From: Mobula hypostoma
Taxonomy: Eukaryota
Direction of reading: 5' to 3'
Length of the DNA: 64,000 nt
Assembly (NCBI RefSeq): GCF_963921235.1
Contig: NC_086097.1
Coordinates: forward strand, 117,368,001-117,432,000
The notes below the pieces were generated by a model, which saw only the letters and a program-made list of their open reading frames with translations, was not told the DNA's origin and searched no databases. Position numbers and translations under genes: made by a program. This document shows positions 24,409 through 38,286 of the stretch, piece after piece. Position 1 is the stretch's first letter. Every line of letters starts with the position of its first letter.

Positions 24409-27339
24409 GGACGTGAGCGGACACTGGAGCACTGGGATGATACCCACACAATCAAAGTTCAAAGTAAATATTTTACAAAGTACATACTCATCACTATATA
24501 TTACTTAGAGATTCATTTATTCACAGTAGAACAAAGAAATACAATAGAGCCTGCACACAAAGATTAACAGACAACCGATGTGCAAAATATGACATTCTGT
24601 ACAAGTACAAATAATAATAAACAGACAAATAAACATCATCTTTTGGTTTTTGAATTCAATTCCCCGACTAATGAAGGCTAACAGACCATATGTCTTCTTA
24701 ACAACTCGATCAACTTGTGATGACGATGGGCATGAGAGTGGGATTTACTGTTCACGCTATCTGCTGCAAGAGGGAGGAGGAACAAGGTAGGAAACCCTCT
24801 CAGCAGGAGGAACTCTTATCCATACAGAGTTTCCAGTGTTTCTCTTAAAGTAACAGGACTACTCTAAGCTCTGAAACATGCCACCCCACGGAAGAATTGG
24901 ACCGCCCTTGGTTGCGGATACCAGTGTTCCTGCTGCCTTGTATTTCTGTGCTTCCGGTTCTTTCAGAATCAGATTTATTTATCACATGTACGTTTTTACA
25001 TCGAAACATGCAGCAAAATGTGTGGTTTGCGTTAACACCAACACACCTGGGAATCTGCTGGGGAGCGGCCCACAAATGTGTTCACACATTCCAGGGCCAA
25101 CGTAGCATGCCTGCAGTACTTGGCAGAACATCACAGAACACAAAAAAACAGAATACATCAAGGATCAACCCAAGGCTCTTCCTCACTGCCACCCACCCAC
25201 ACACACGGGCAGTTGTCCAGCTCCTGGAGAGACACCCGTCTCCAGGCTTTGGCTATCAAACTCCGACTTCCAGAATTCTGATCAATGTTTGGGCTTTGAT
25301 CTATGTTAATGACACTCAGACTAACTGATGATGGGACTCCAAACACAAGGCTCCAACACCAGGCTCACTGGCTGACTTCTGTTCGCATAGACATCTGATC
25401 CTGGGATAGCATGACGTCTATGGATGGCCTTTGTCACCCACCCACAAAACAGGCTTTCGAGTGTGGAGCAGAGGCCTAGAATCCAGATGTCCTTCATCCG
25501 CATGGCTATGTCTCTAGACCTCGAGTGTGGAGCAGAGACCTGACCTCCAATTTCTCCCGAAACCCTAATCTGAGCCCTAACTCCCCTCTCCGTCCCCAAA
25601 ACCATGGCTATGAATTTATGAAACAACCAAGTCTAGGCTACGATCTCAAAGGGGAATGCAGCTGACCACCACCTTGGCCGGATGCTGGTCTGAAGATTCA
25701 AGACTGTTGAATGCCATTTCCAGTACACAGGTGGAAAGGGAACACATGCTCTGGATCCAATTCAGCATATAAAAATACACGAGATAAAAGTACATATAGT
25801 AAAAGCGTAATAGATATAAATACATGCGATAGTTTACATACATAGATTGAATATAAAGAGACACTAGGCACAGGAGTGTCCATACATAAGATGACTCCGA
25901 CAGGAAATGATAAAGTAGTGGTTGTGGGGGGCTAGGTTAGTGGGTGGAGCTGGTCATCAGCCGAACTGCTTGGAGAAAGTAATTATTTTTGAGTTTGGTG
26001 GAATCTGAATACTTTAAATGACATTGCTCAGTTTGCAGTGTGACATTGCAGAAAGGAATTAATATAACTTATCTCTTCATGGTGAGCTGAATTCACCTGT
26101 GCCTTGAGCAAAGAGCAGCAGGAAGAGCAAGTAGAAAGATTTTACTGGATTGTGTGCGTCTGCAGATGTAAAGCGCCACCAACGGCACTGTCATTGCCCA
26201 GAGGGAATTGCTTCAAACCCCGTGTCATGCAGGAACTAACAGAGACATTCTTTTCTCAGTAATTGTTTGGTTAAAACCATCCCTCCAAAAAGAAGATTGC
26301 AAAGGCCTAACGCCAAAGTCCAACTGAGCCATGCATCACATGACAGTCTCCTATGCTGCTACTTTTGAGGCACCGAGTTAGTCCAAAGAATCAGTGCTGA
26401 AAAGGAATGTTTACTGTACATACTGACTATCTTGCTCCTCACGTGCCTCCAAAGCCCAACACTAACTGAGAAATGCGTATCAACCGAAAACCATGTTGTC
26501 AATTGCAAATTAATTGAGCAGCCAAGCAGAGTCCTCAAGCAACATGTTCAGTCCATATTCTGCTCTGGAGGTGGGTTTCATCACAGCACAGAGTGTTCAG
26601 GCGGATTTTTTATTTCTTTTTGCAACCTTTGTCACCAGGCAATTCATTGTCTAGTGGTTTCCTTTTCTGTAGGCAACTTATCCAGCGATTATGATGATGA
26701 CATTAATACCTCATTACAGTATTTCGTGATACACACTATTTAGTTTCAATTTTTACACAGTCAAAGTTAAAAGTTCAACGTTCTCAGTAAATTATCAAAA
26801 TACCATATACCACCTTGAGATGAACTTCCTTGCAGCCTTTCACAGTAAAACAGAGAAATGGAATAGAATCAGTGAAAAAGTACACACAAAGACTGACAGA
26901 CAAGCAATTTGCAAAAGTCAACAAACTCAGTACAACAAATAAATAAATAAACAAACAAACAAACAAATAAACAAATAAACAAACAAATCCCACACAAACA
27001 AATAAATTTATAAAATAATACTGAGAACATGAATTGCAGTGTCCTTGAAAGTGAGTCCACAGGTTCTGGACTCTGTTCCAAGTTGGAAGTGAGTCATTGC
27101 TATCCAGAATGCATTTGACCCCCTGTGGAATCCACCGGTCCCAGGAATTCCCCATTATACCTGTGGCTATCACTTGGTTCCTTCTCCATGGACACACAGA
27201 ATGGGGGCAGACACTCAGCTTGGGCAGTGTGCTTGGCTGCTGACTGTCAAGGCCTAAGAAATGCTGCCCTAGTCAGGCCCAGGAGACCCACTGAGTGACA
27301 CCCGCCCTTCTGCACTGGGTGACCGAAGCAGAAGACCAT

Positions 27340-27955
27340 TCAGCCCACCAGGTTTGTACTAGCCAAATCTGTCAATCCCACTTGCCCACTTATTTGCACC
27401 TTAGCTATGTCACTCCAGCCTGATTCTCCCACACCTGGGATAAGTTATAATCATTAACTAACCAACCAACCAACCTACATATCTCTGGCTTGTGGGAGGA
27501 AGACAATGAAGCTCTGGTAAACCTACTCAGTCACAGGGAGCACATGCAAACTCCACATAAACAGGACATCAGGATCAAATCTGGTTCACATTTGCTGTGA
27601 GGGAACAATACTAACCGCTATACCACTACAACAGTTTCCTAGTGGCATGGTAGCGTAGCAGTTAGTGCAACACTTTACACCACTGATTGTAAGATCAAGG
27701 TTCGATTCATGCCTGTAAGGAGTTAGTACATTCTTCCCATGACTGTATGGGTTTCCTCTGGGTTTCCCAGTTTCCTCCAACATTTCAGAGATGTACGATT
27801 AGGTTTTATGAATTATGGGCATGCTATGGTGGTGCTGGAAGCATTACAGCCCTTGTGGGCTGTCCCCAACCTAATCCTCACTGATTTGATTTAATTGATG
27901 TAAACAACGTATTTCACTGTATGATTCAAAGTACATGTGACAAATAAAGCTAACC
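27340..27955. mobile_element. Head-to-head pair of HE1/V-type SINEs
   Basis: Minus copy ~27340-27630 and plus copy 27642-27955 with gtggcatggtagcgtagcagttagt head and V-core. Confidence 0.7.
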
Positions 27956-27989
27956 TTAGATATTTAATCTTAGTGTGGCCTCTTAACCA

Positions 27990-28500
27990 TCAGCCATGAT
28001 GATTAGGCCTTGTATTCCATCCGGGTAGCCTCCAACCTGAAGGCATGAACTTCAATTTCTCCAACTTCCAGTGATTTCTCTCCCTCTGCTTTCCCTCTTC
28101 CTCAGTTCCCCACTCTCACCCTTCCCCCCTTACCTCTTCTCTTTCCCTCACCTCCTATCACATCCTCTGCTGCCCCTCCTTCTTCCTTTTCTCACATGGT
28201 CCACATTCCTCACCTATCAGATTCTTTCTTCTCCAGCTCTTTCCCTTTCCCGCCTATAACCTCCCAGTTTATTATTTCATTCCCTCTCCCCCACACACCA
28301 GGCTTCACCTATCACCTTCCAGCTTGTGCTCCTTCTCCACCCCTCCACCTTATTCTTGCTCCTTCCCCCTTCCTTTCCAGTCCTGATGCAGGCTCTCAGC
28401 CCAAATGTCAACTGATTATTCCTCCGCACAGATGCTGCCTGCTGGGTTCCTCCAGCACTGTGTACACGTTACTCTGGATTTCCAGCATTTTCACACAACC
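27990..28500 (+). mobile_element. Penelope-like 3' fragment / pseudo-LTR
   Basis: Homologous to 17400-17800 and 46500-46975. Confidence 0.75.
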
Positions 28501-29199
28501 TCTTTTGCTTATTCTTTACCTTGTTTTGTGATAGATACTGTCTTTCCTTTCCATATCATAGCCAGTCTCTAATCAACCAGTGATAAAGAGACATAAAACA
28601 CTGTCATTTCTATGCTGTAATTTTGATGACAGATCTGGAATAGGTGAGTCAAATCCTATTTATTGCTGAATTATCTTAAAGCCTGCAGGATGCATTTTGG
28701 GGCAGGAATCTGCAAGGCAAAAGATGCTGGAGGAACTCAATGAGTCAAACAGCATCTATAGAACGAACTGGGCAGCTGAAGTTTCAGATTGAGACCCTAC
28801 ATCTGAATACACATTGGTTTCAAGTTGCACTAATCAAACCTGCACAGGATAACTATGGATCACATTATCAACAACTATACAATTTAGTCCCCATAACCTA
28901 GGGCCCCTAGAGATGGTTATTAAAACTTACTCACCAGTGCTATCCATAATCTAAAAATCTATAAGGAGGAATTGCAGTTGATCTGCTGTGGTTGGACTGG
29001 CAGCTAAGACAACATTAATTATTCCATTAAGATTACGTGAAGTTGCCTCAAACTACATAATGCTTCATTTGTGCTTTAAACTTGCTAAAACATCAGCTGC
29101 TGTGTTACCAATTGAAAGTGGCAAAGTTAAACTAAAAGCTTTCCAATAGCTGTAGGCAATTTGCACTGTCTGGTTACACACTGGAAATTATAATCTATT

Positions 29200-30262
29200 G
29201 ATTACAGCTCGGTGTTCAACACCACAATCCCCTCAGTGCTAATCAACAAACCTCATACCTGGGCCTCTGTACTTCTTTCTGCAACTGGATCCTTGACTTC
29301 ATCTTCAGGAGACCACTGTCAGGGCAGAACGGGAAATCACATCTCCTCCTTGCTGACAATCTCGAGGATAAGTGCTTAGCCCACTGATCTACTCTCTCTA
29401 CACTCATGATTGTGGGGTCAGGCACAGCACAAATACCACCTGTAAATTCACCAATGGCACAGTCATTGTTGGCAGAACCTCTGATGGTGTCGAGGAAGGA
29501 ACAGGAATGAGATAGATCAGCTGGTCGTGTGATGTCTCGGCAGCAACCTTGCACCTAATGGCAGTAAGACCAAGGAAGTGATTGTGGACTTTAGGAAGGG
29601 GAAGTCTGGAGAGCACATGCCAGTCCTCCACGAGGGGTCAGCAGTGGGAAGGTGAGCAGCTTCAAGTTCTTGGGAACCATCATCTCAGAGAATCTAGGCT
29701 GCGCCCAACATATTGATGCAATCATAATGAAGACATGCAGCAACTGAACTTCATTAGGAATTTGAAGAGATTTAGTGTGTTACCAAAGACTCTATTAAAT
29801 TTTGACAGGTGTATGTGGAAAGCATTCTGATGGGTTACGTCACTACTTGAAACGGAGACTCCAATGCTCCAACACGATAACAAATTCTGCAGCCAGCCAG
29901 CTCCATCGTGGGGAATAGCCATTCCCCCTTCAAGGATATCTTCAAAAGGGGGTACCTCAGGAAGGCAGCATCCATCATTAAGGACACTCACCATCCATAC
30001 CATGCCCTCCTCTCATGATTACCGTCAGGGATGAGGGACAGAAGCCTGAAAATGCACACTTAATGTTTTAGGAACTGAAAGGTCCATGAACCCATGAACA
30101 CTTGTTCACTATTTTACTGACTTCTATCAGTGTGTATTTATTTTTAATCTTTTTCTTATTGTAAATTATAGTGATCTTTTACGTATTAAACTGTACTGCT
30201 GCTGCAAAACAACAAATTCCATGACATACATCAGTGATAATAAGCCTGATTCTGATTCTGAG
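29200..30262 (+). mobile_element. Rex/Babar-like LINE 3' part
   Basis: CNWILDF, SPLIYSLYTHDC and SSFKFLG remnants; AATAA plus (GATTCT)n tail. Confidence 0.7.
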
Positions 30263-32638
30263 TTATTAAGTTTATTTATCCTAAAATACAAGGGTCTGGG
30301 ACGATTAAGTTTATAAACTGGAAAACATGCCTTATCCTGAAAAATAAACATGCATATGCAGTGAAGTTATTACAAGAAAACCTAGTAAGTAAGCTTTTAA
30401 CTAACTACCATTGCTACTAACAGCTAAATCTTATCTTCTCATAATGGGGCTGTGTGGGAGATACAAGTGAGCTGGAAATGTATTCTCCTTGAAGTAGGGT
30501 GTGGGCAGGTTCCATGGAGGCAGAACAAGGTGTGAGAGAGGCATAGTAGAAATTTTGTTCATGATGGGCTTGCCAACAGTGAATTTCCCGGTCAAGAGGG
30601 AATTCCTGCTCTTGCATGTCTCACTCTCTCCATCTAATTGCACCAACTTTTAATGACTTTATTTAACATCTGGTCATGTCATGAATATGGATAGACCAGG
30701 TATTGATTATCTTTTAAGTGTATTTATTTGTCTTTTCATAAAGGATATTTGAAATGTTTCTCAGGAGAATCTGAGGTAAGCTTGAATTTATAAACACAAG
30801 AAATTCTGCAGATGCTTGAAATCCAGAGTAACACACACAAAGTGCTGGAGGAATTCACCTGATGAAGGGTATTGGCTCTAAAAGTTGACTGTTAATTTCC
30901 CTCCATGGATGCTGTCTGGCCTCCTGAGCTCCTCCAGCATTTTGTGTGTGTTACTGTGAGTTTGAATTTATTTTGGATATGGGAGAAAATCAAAACTCAG
31001 AAGTATACACCGCAGATGACAAAACATTGTGCTATAGTGTCTTTTGGTAGTACAATCACCGAGTCATTCAGTTCCAGTTCAGCCCATGAGTTTAGTGCTG
31101 ACTAATGCATGTTTCCACCTGACTGAAAATAGCTCTAAATGGAACTTGTTAACATTGATGGCTACAATTCCAATCTGTAATCAAGAGAGGGGCCATAATA
31201 TTATCATTGCTGCACTTAACTATTATCTGCTTGGCTTCTTCCCAGCTGCTCCTGGAAACACCAACCTCATTTTAATTTGAAAACAGAAGAGTATTCACCA
31301 AGGCTGTCTATTTACAGAGAGATAGTCTCACCCTATCCTTTCTTACCAGAGGAAAGTTTAGAGATCATGGATTAAGGGAGAATGGTGAAATATTTAAGAC
31401 AAACCTGAGGGTGGTGAAAATGTGGGACGTGTTATCAACAGAGTGGTGGGTGCAGGTTCTATTTCAACATTTCAGAGAAGTTTCAATCAGTAGTTGGACA
31501 GGAGTGGTATAGTGGGTGATGATCCAGCTGAAGATTGATGAGGCTAGGCAGAATAATAGTTTGGCACAGAGAAGATGTGCTGAATGGCCTGTTTCTGTGC
31601 TGTAGTGCTCTTTGACTCTAATTCAATGATGAACAGGAGTGAGAATGAGAGTTTGGCTTATTTCTACTCTTTACGTGGCGTGGGGTGTAACCATTTGCAT
31701 GTCATATCTTTGTCTGCGTCTCATGAACATACTCCTGAAACAAGATGATATTGTCCTGCTCTTCCTTAGGCTGCAGCTGGTATAATTGCTGCAACATATC
31801 ATGAAGGTGAGTATTGCTAATCTATAATAACAGCCACCCAGGAAGTTGTCATGGTTCCTTCATCCTGAGGAAGCCCTTTGTGCCTCTTGGCATTGATACA
31901 CCATTGCTGCCTGAAAGGCCAGCTGCTGGGCAATTCACTTCTGACATAGCTTAGCATCTATCCAGAATCCACATACAGAGGTTCTACACTGAGAACAAAG
32001 ACAGTTTAAGAAGAACAATAGAACACATCAGCAGTCCTGAGAACTCATCTGAACTGTAAAAGAATTACTGCAGTATGGCCAAGGATTAACTTCATTCATC
32101 ACATGCATTTACATGTATTAAGAATTTGCTGTGGTGTGTTGGTCAAGGCATGATATACAACAATAAATAGCATTCCGCAATGATAATTAATAAAGAATTA
32201 CATAAAAACTAAATAATTGTATGTAGAAAGTTAATAAGTTAGAGGTTAAAGGACGGATACGGAATAAAATGTGCATAATTAAATAGATATATAAATACCA
32301 GAATTAATTTACAGTGTAAACAGATTATAAAACTTGGTTTTAAGTGCTGTACAGTGATGGGGATAATACATGAGGGGCAGGGCTAACTTTTAACATTTGT
32401 GATGGTGTGAAACTTTTGTTTTAATAGTCCTATAGCACTTTCCAGAAGGGAGCTTTTGGAAAATGCAGTTCGCAGCATAGGAAGGGTCTGCAGCAGTGAT
32501 TTCACCTGCCCACTTCTTTGTCCTGGACACATACATGTCCTGCAGTGATGGTAGGTGACCTCTTCTGCTGACTTGACCATCCGCTATAGTTTTTAACACA
32601 TACTGTGAGAGGCTGCTGCATCAAACCAGACAGTAATG

Positions 32639-34518
32639 AAAGGAAGCTAGCAAATAATATCAAAGAGGATACTAAAAGCTTTTTCAACCATATAAAGAGT
32701 AAAAGACAGGTGAGAGTAGATATAGGACCGATAGAAAATGATGCTGGAGAAATTATAATAGGAGATAAGGAGATGGCAGAGGAACTGAACGAGTATTTTG
32801 CATCAGTCTTCACTGAGGAAGACATCAGCAGTGTACCGGACAATCAAGTGTGGTAGGGAAGAGAAGTGTGCACAGTCACAATTATGACAGAGGAAGTACT
32901 CAGGAAGCTGAATAGGCTAAAGGTAGATAAATCTCCTGGACCAGATGGAATGCACCCTTGTGTTCTGAAGGAAGTAGCTGTGGAGATTGCGGAGGCATTA
33001 GCGATGATCTTTCAAAAGTCGATAGATTCTGGCATGGTTCTGGAAGACTGGAAGATTGCAAATGTCACTCCGCTATTTAAGAAGGGGGCAAGGAAGCAAA
33101 AAGGAAATTATAGACCTGTTAGCTTGACATCGGTGGTTTGGAAGTTGTTGGAGTCGATTGTCAAGGTTGAGGTTACAGAGTACCTGGAGGCATATGACAA
33201 GATAGGCAGAACTCAGCATGGATTCCTTAAAGGAAAATCCTGCCTGACAAACTTATTACAATTTTTTGAGGAAATTACAAGTAGGCTAGACAAGGGAGAT
33301 GCAGTGGATGTTGTATATTTGGATTTTCAGAAGGCCTTTGACAAGGTGCCACACATGAGACTACTTACCAAGATAAGAGCCCATGGAATTAAAGGAAAGT
33401 TACATACGTGGATAGAGCGTTGGCTGATTGGCAGGAAACAGAGAGTGGGAATAAAGGGATCCTATTCTGGTTAGTTGCCGGTTACCAGTGGTGTTCCACA
33501 GGGATCAGTGTTGGGGCCACTTCTTTTTACATTGTACATCAACGATTTGGATTATGGAATAGATGGCTTTGTGGCTAAGTTTGCTGACGATACGAAGATA
33601 GGTGGAGGGGCCGGTAGTGCTGAGGAAACGGAGAGTCTGCAGAGAGACTTGGATAGATTGGAAGAATGGGCAGAGAAGTGGCAAATGAAGTACAATGTTG
33701 GAAAGTGTATGGTTATGCACTTTGGCAGAAAAAATAAACGGGCAGACTATTACTTAAATGGGGAAAGAATTCAAAGTTCTGAGATGCAACGGGACTTGGG
33801 AGTCCTTGTACAGGATACCCTGAAAGTTAACCTCCAGGTTGAGTCAGTAGTGAAGAAGGCGAATGCAATGTTGGCATTCATTTCTAGAGGAATAGAGTAT
33901 AGGAGCAAGGATGTGATGTTGAGGCTCTATAAGGCGCTGGTGAGACCTCACTTGAAGTATTGAGGGCAGTTTTGGTCTCCTTATTTAAGAAAGGATGTGC
34001 TGACGTTGGAGAGGGTACAGAGAGGATTCACTCGAATGATTCCAGGAATGAGAGGGTTAAAATATGAGGAACGTTTGTCCACTCTTGGACTATATTCCTT
34101 GGAGTTTAGAAGAATGAGGGGAGACCTCATAGAAACATTTCGAATGTTAAAAGGCATGGACAGGATGGATGTGGCAAAGTTGTTTCCCATGATGGGGGAG
34201 TCTAGTACGAGAGGGCATGACTTAAGGATTGAAGGGCGCCCTTTCAGAACAGAAATGCGATGAAATTTTTTTAGTCAGAGAGTGGTGAATATATGGAATT
34301 TGTTGCCACGGGCAGCTGTGGAGGCCAAGTTATTGGGTTTATTTAAGGCAGAGATTGATAGGTATCTGAGTAGCCAGGGCATCAAAGGTTATGGTGAGAA
34401 GGCAGCAGAGTGGGACTAAATAGGAGAATGGATCAGCTCATGATAAAATGGTGGCGCAGACTCGATGGGCCAAATGGCCGACTTCTGCTCCTTTGTATTA
34501 TGGTCTTATGGTCTTATG
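32639..34518 (+). mobile_element. Young 5'-truncated CR1/HER1 LINE (ORF2 RT pseudogene)
   Basis: One reading frame with 4 stops: KSPGPDG, NYRPVSLTS, QHGF, YLDFQKAFDKVPH, SGVPQGSVLGP, KFADDTK; (TCTTATGG)n tail; TSD gtaatg at 32633-32638 and 34519-34524. Confidence 0.95.
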
Positions 34519-35455
34519 GTAATGTCTGATGTGAGGATGCTCTCTATGAAGGCAGTGTAGAATTGCACCAGTATGTTCTGGAGAAGATGGAATTTTACCA
34601 ACTGCCATAAGAAGATACCTACCACCCATTGTGAGGTTAGCATGGGATTATGATGCAGAGTAAATGTATATTCTAATTCCGTTTTATATCCTCAGTAATT
34701 GGTTCATACATAAAATTCAGTCCCATCCTGTTCACTCTTATGCTTTCCATTTGTGAATCTCCTGGTGCTCCTTCTATACTGTGCCTGCAAATGCTCTGCA
34801 TGAGGTGTGGAATACAACTCTAACTTGCCAGACAGCATAAACACTGGCAGACAGCTGTGCTGGAAGCAGGAATGTTGTCATCTTCAGACTAGCTCAACAT
34901 TCATCCTCCATGGACCTAATGTCGTTCTTCTGAGGCATTGTCCTTTTTGATTTGTTTGTTGTCGGAAAGCTATGGGACTCTGGAAGCCTCTGTGAATAGC
35001 GATATTGAAACCCATGGTGAATGTTTTCAGAGATCCCATTGTGGTCCCTGGCAGAACCTGTTTATGCTACTGTTGTGGTTGAGATACCACTGCTTAGATG
35101 CTGAAATGTTATTGTCTCCATCTGAGCTGATGGAGATGATCTCCATTCCATGTTTGGAAAGATGCATTTCATATTCTGCACATAGACAGAAGTAAAGTTA
35201 GAGGTAAACTTTCCCAATTCCCTGACTTTCTAATAACCTTCCAGTGCATCTACTTTCAAAGTTCAAAAAGTTTAAAGAAAATTTAATATTGAAGTAAGCA
35301 GGGTTTTTTTTTTATATAATTTCCTGCATGGATTAATTTTGATTTGATTTGAAGTGGAAAGATACCCATCTCCACCGTCTCTTTATTTTGCCCATGAAAC
35401 AGCAATATCTGTGGGTCTCCAGTTTCTGTTAATAGTGGTAAGCATTTAGTTGATA

Positions 35456-35522
35456 CAGTACAGTGCAAAGGTCTGAGACTCCCTAGCTATATATATGAGC
35501 CTAAGACATTTACACACTACCG
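35456..35522. mobile_element. 67-bp MITE, third copy
   Basis: TA-flanked cagtacagtgcaaaggtctgagac...cctaagacatttacacactaccg. Confidence 0.6.
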
Positions 35523-35539
35523 TATATGTCACAATATAC

Positions 35540-36402
35540 CAACTTGAGATTCAATTTTCTGCATGCATTTATGCAAAAAATAAGGAAATACCGCAGAGTT
35601 TATAAAACAGCTCTACATATCAAAGACTGATAAACATTAAATGAGCAAAAGAGGACAACTCGTGCCAGTAATAAATAATAAAAAATAACTGAGAACATGA
35701 TTTATCGTGCCCTTGGAAGCTGAAAGTGAGTTGATAGGTTGTGGAATCAGTTCAGAATTGAGCTGAGTGAAGCAATCCATGCGGGTTCAGGAGAATGATG
35801 TTGTGGGATAATAAATACCCTGTAACCTGGAGGTATGGGACCTTAGGCTTCTGTACCTCCTACCAGATGTTAACTGAGAGAAGAAATGGATGATGAAGAC
35901 TCTTGATGATGGATGCCCATTTCTAGTAGAAGAGCTTTCCCTGTGATAGGCTGAGTTGCATCCACCTTCTGTAGACTTCGTAGGCTTTTTTGTTCCCTGT
36001 TTCCATACCAGGCCATGATGCCACCAGTCAGGATGCTTTGCACTAAGCATCTATTGAAGTTTTTTCAGAGTTTTAGAAGACATGCAAATTTATGCAAGTT
36101 TTCAAGAAGGTAGATGTGCTGCCGTGCCTTCGTTGTAATAGCATACTGATTCCAGGGCAGGTCCTCTGATATGGTAACACCATGGAATTTAATATTACTG
36201 ACCCTCTCACCTCCAATCTGATCCTAACACGAATTGACTCATGGACCTCCGGTTTCTTCCTCCTGTAGTCAATAATCACTTCTGTTGAATGAGAGGTTGT
36301 TGTTATGGCACCGTTTAGCCAGATTTTCAATCTCCCTTATATATGCGAAATATGTCACTACCTTTGATTCAATTAAACAGTGGTGTCATCAGCAAGCTTA
36401 AA
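35540..36402 (-). mobile_element. Rex/Babar-like LINE fragment
   Basis: SGRRYRSLRSHTSR and EVIIDYRR remnants in the minus-strand ORFs. Confidence 0.65.
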
Positions 36403-38286
36403 TATAAAGCCTTAAGACAGGAGCAGAAGTAGGCCACTTGGCTCGACAAGTCTGCTCCGCCATTCCAAAATGGCTAATTTATAATCCCTTTCAACCCCAT
36501 TTTCCTGACTTCTCCGCGTAACTTTTGATGCCCTGACTAAACAAAAACCTGTCAACCTCTGCTTTAGATATACTCAATGACTTGGCCTCCACAGCTGGCC
36601 GTGGCAATGAATTCAACAGATTCACCACCATCTGGCTAAATAAATGTTTTCTCTGCTCTAAAGGAACGTCCCTCTTTTCTGAAAATGTGCCCTGTGGTAC
36701 TAGACTCCCCACTGTAGGAAGCATCCTATCCACATCCATTTTATCTAGGTCTTTCAATATTTGATAGGTTTCAATGAGGTTTCCCCTCATTCTTCTAAAC
36801 TCCAGCATGTACAAGCCCAGATCTACCTAATACTCCTCATACATTAACCCTTTCTTTCTGTGGATCATTCTTGTGAACCTCCTCTAGACCCTCTCTAATG
36901 TCAGAGAGTCTTTATCTTTTCTTTGATAAGGAGTCAAGAACTGCTCACAATATTCCACGTGCGGTCTGACCAATTCCTTATGAAGCCACAGCATCACACC
37001 CTTGCTCTTATATTCCAGTATTCTCGAAATCAATGCTAACATTGCATTTGCATTCCTTACCACCAAATCAAACTGCAGGTTAACCTTTAGGGTATCCTTC
37101 AGGGAAGGACTCCCAAATCCCTTTGTGTTTCTGAGTTTTGAATTTTCTCTCCATTTAGAATATAGTCTATGTTGTTATTGCTTCGATTAAAGTGCATGAC
37201 CATACGCTTCCCTACACTATATTCCATTTGCCATTTTTTGGCCCATTCTCCCAACCTGTCTAATTTCTACTGCAGACTCTCTGCTTCTTCAACACTACCT
37301 GCTCCTCCAGCTATCTTTGTATCATTAGTATATTTGGCTACAAATCCATCAATTCCCTCATCCAAATCTTTGACATGTAACGTGAAAAGGAACAATCTCA
37401 ATACAGCCCCCCGCGGAACACTACTTGCCACTGGCCCCCTTTATTCTGTCTCTTTGTCTCCGGCCAATCAGCCACACTCGTATCTTTCCTGCAATCCTAT
37501 GGGGTCTTATCTTGTTAATGAGCCTCATATGCGGCACCTTGTCAAATGCTTTTTGAAAATTGAAGTAAGCAACATTCACTGACTCTCCTGCCTGTTATTT
37601 CCTTAAAGAATTCTAACAGATTTGTCAGACAAGATTTCCCTATAAGGAAACGATGTTGACTTCGGCCTACATTATCATGTGCCTCCCAACACTCCGAAAC
37701 CTTATCCTTAATAATGGAGTCCAACATCTTCCCAATCACTGAAGTCAGGTTAACGGGCCTAGAGTTTCCTTTCTTCTGCCTCCTTCCCTTCTTGAAGTGG
37801 GGAGTGACATTTACAATTCTTCAGTCCTCTGGAACCATTCCAGAATCTTGTGATTCTAGAAAAGTCATTAATCGTGCCTCATCAATCCCTTCAGCTACCT
37901 CTTTCAGAACTCTGGGGACTGTAGGTGACTTATCTACCATTAGGCCTTCCAACTTCCCAAGCACTTTTTCCTTCGTAATAGCCACTACACTTAATTCTGC
38001 CCTTACACTCACATTTTTGACACCACTACTATCTTCCACAGTGAAGACTGATGCAAAATACTTACAAGTTCGTCCAACATTCCTTCATCCCCCATCCATT
38101 ATTACTACCTCTCCGGCATCATTTTCCAGCTGTCCTGTTATATATTCATGATATTTTGACCCTCACAGGCTGCTGGCGAACTCCACTGTGTTTTATGTAG
38201 TGAAAGTAATGTGAGAGGGCATTCTGGGTGGATGAGTTACATATAAAACAAACAATTGCACTTCTTTTCCTTAACTCTCTGTCTCT

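Noticed and set aside
26172..26190. CTCF-like motif (gcgccaccaacggc)
   Set aside because: Three mismatches to the core consensus; expected by chance in 64 kb.
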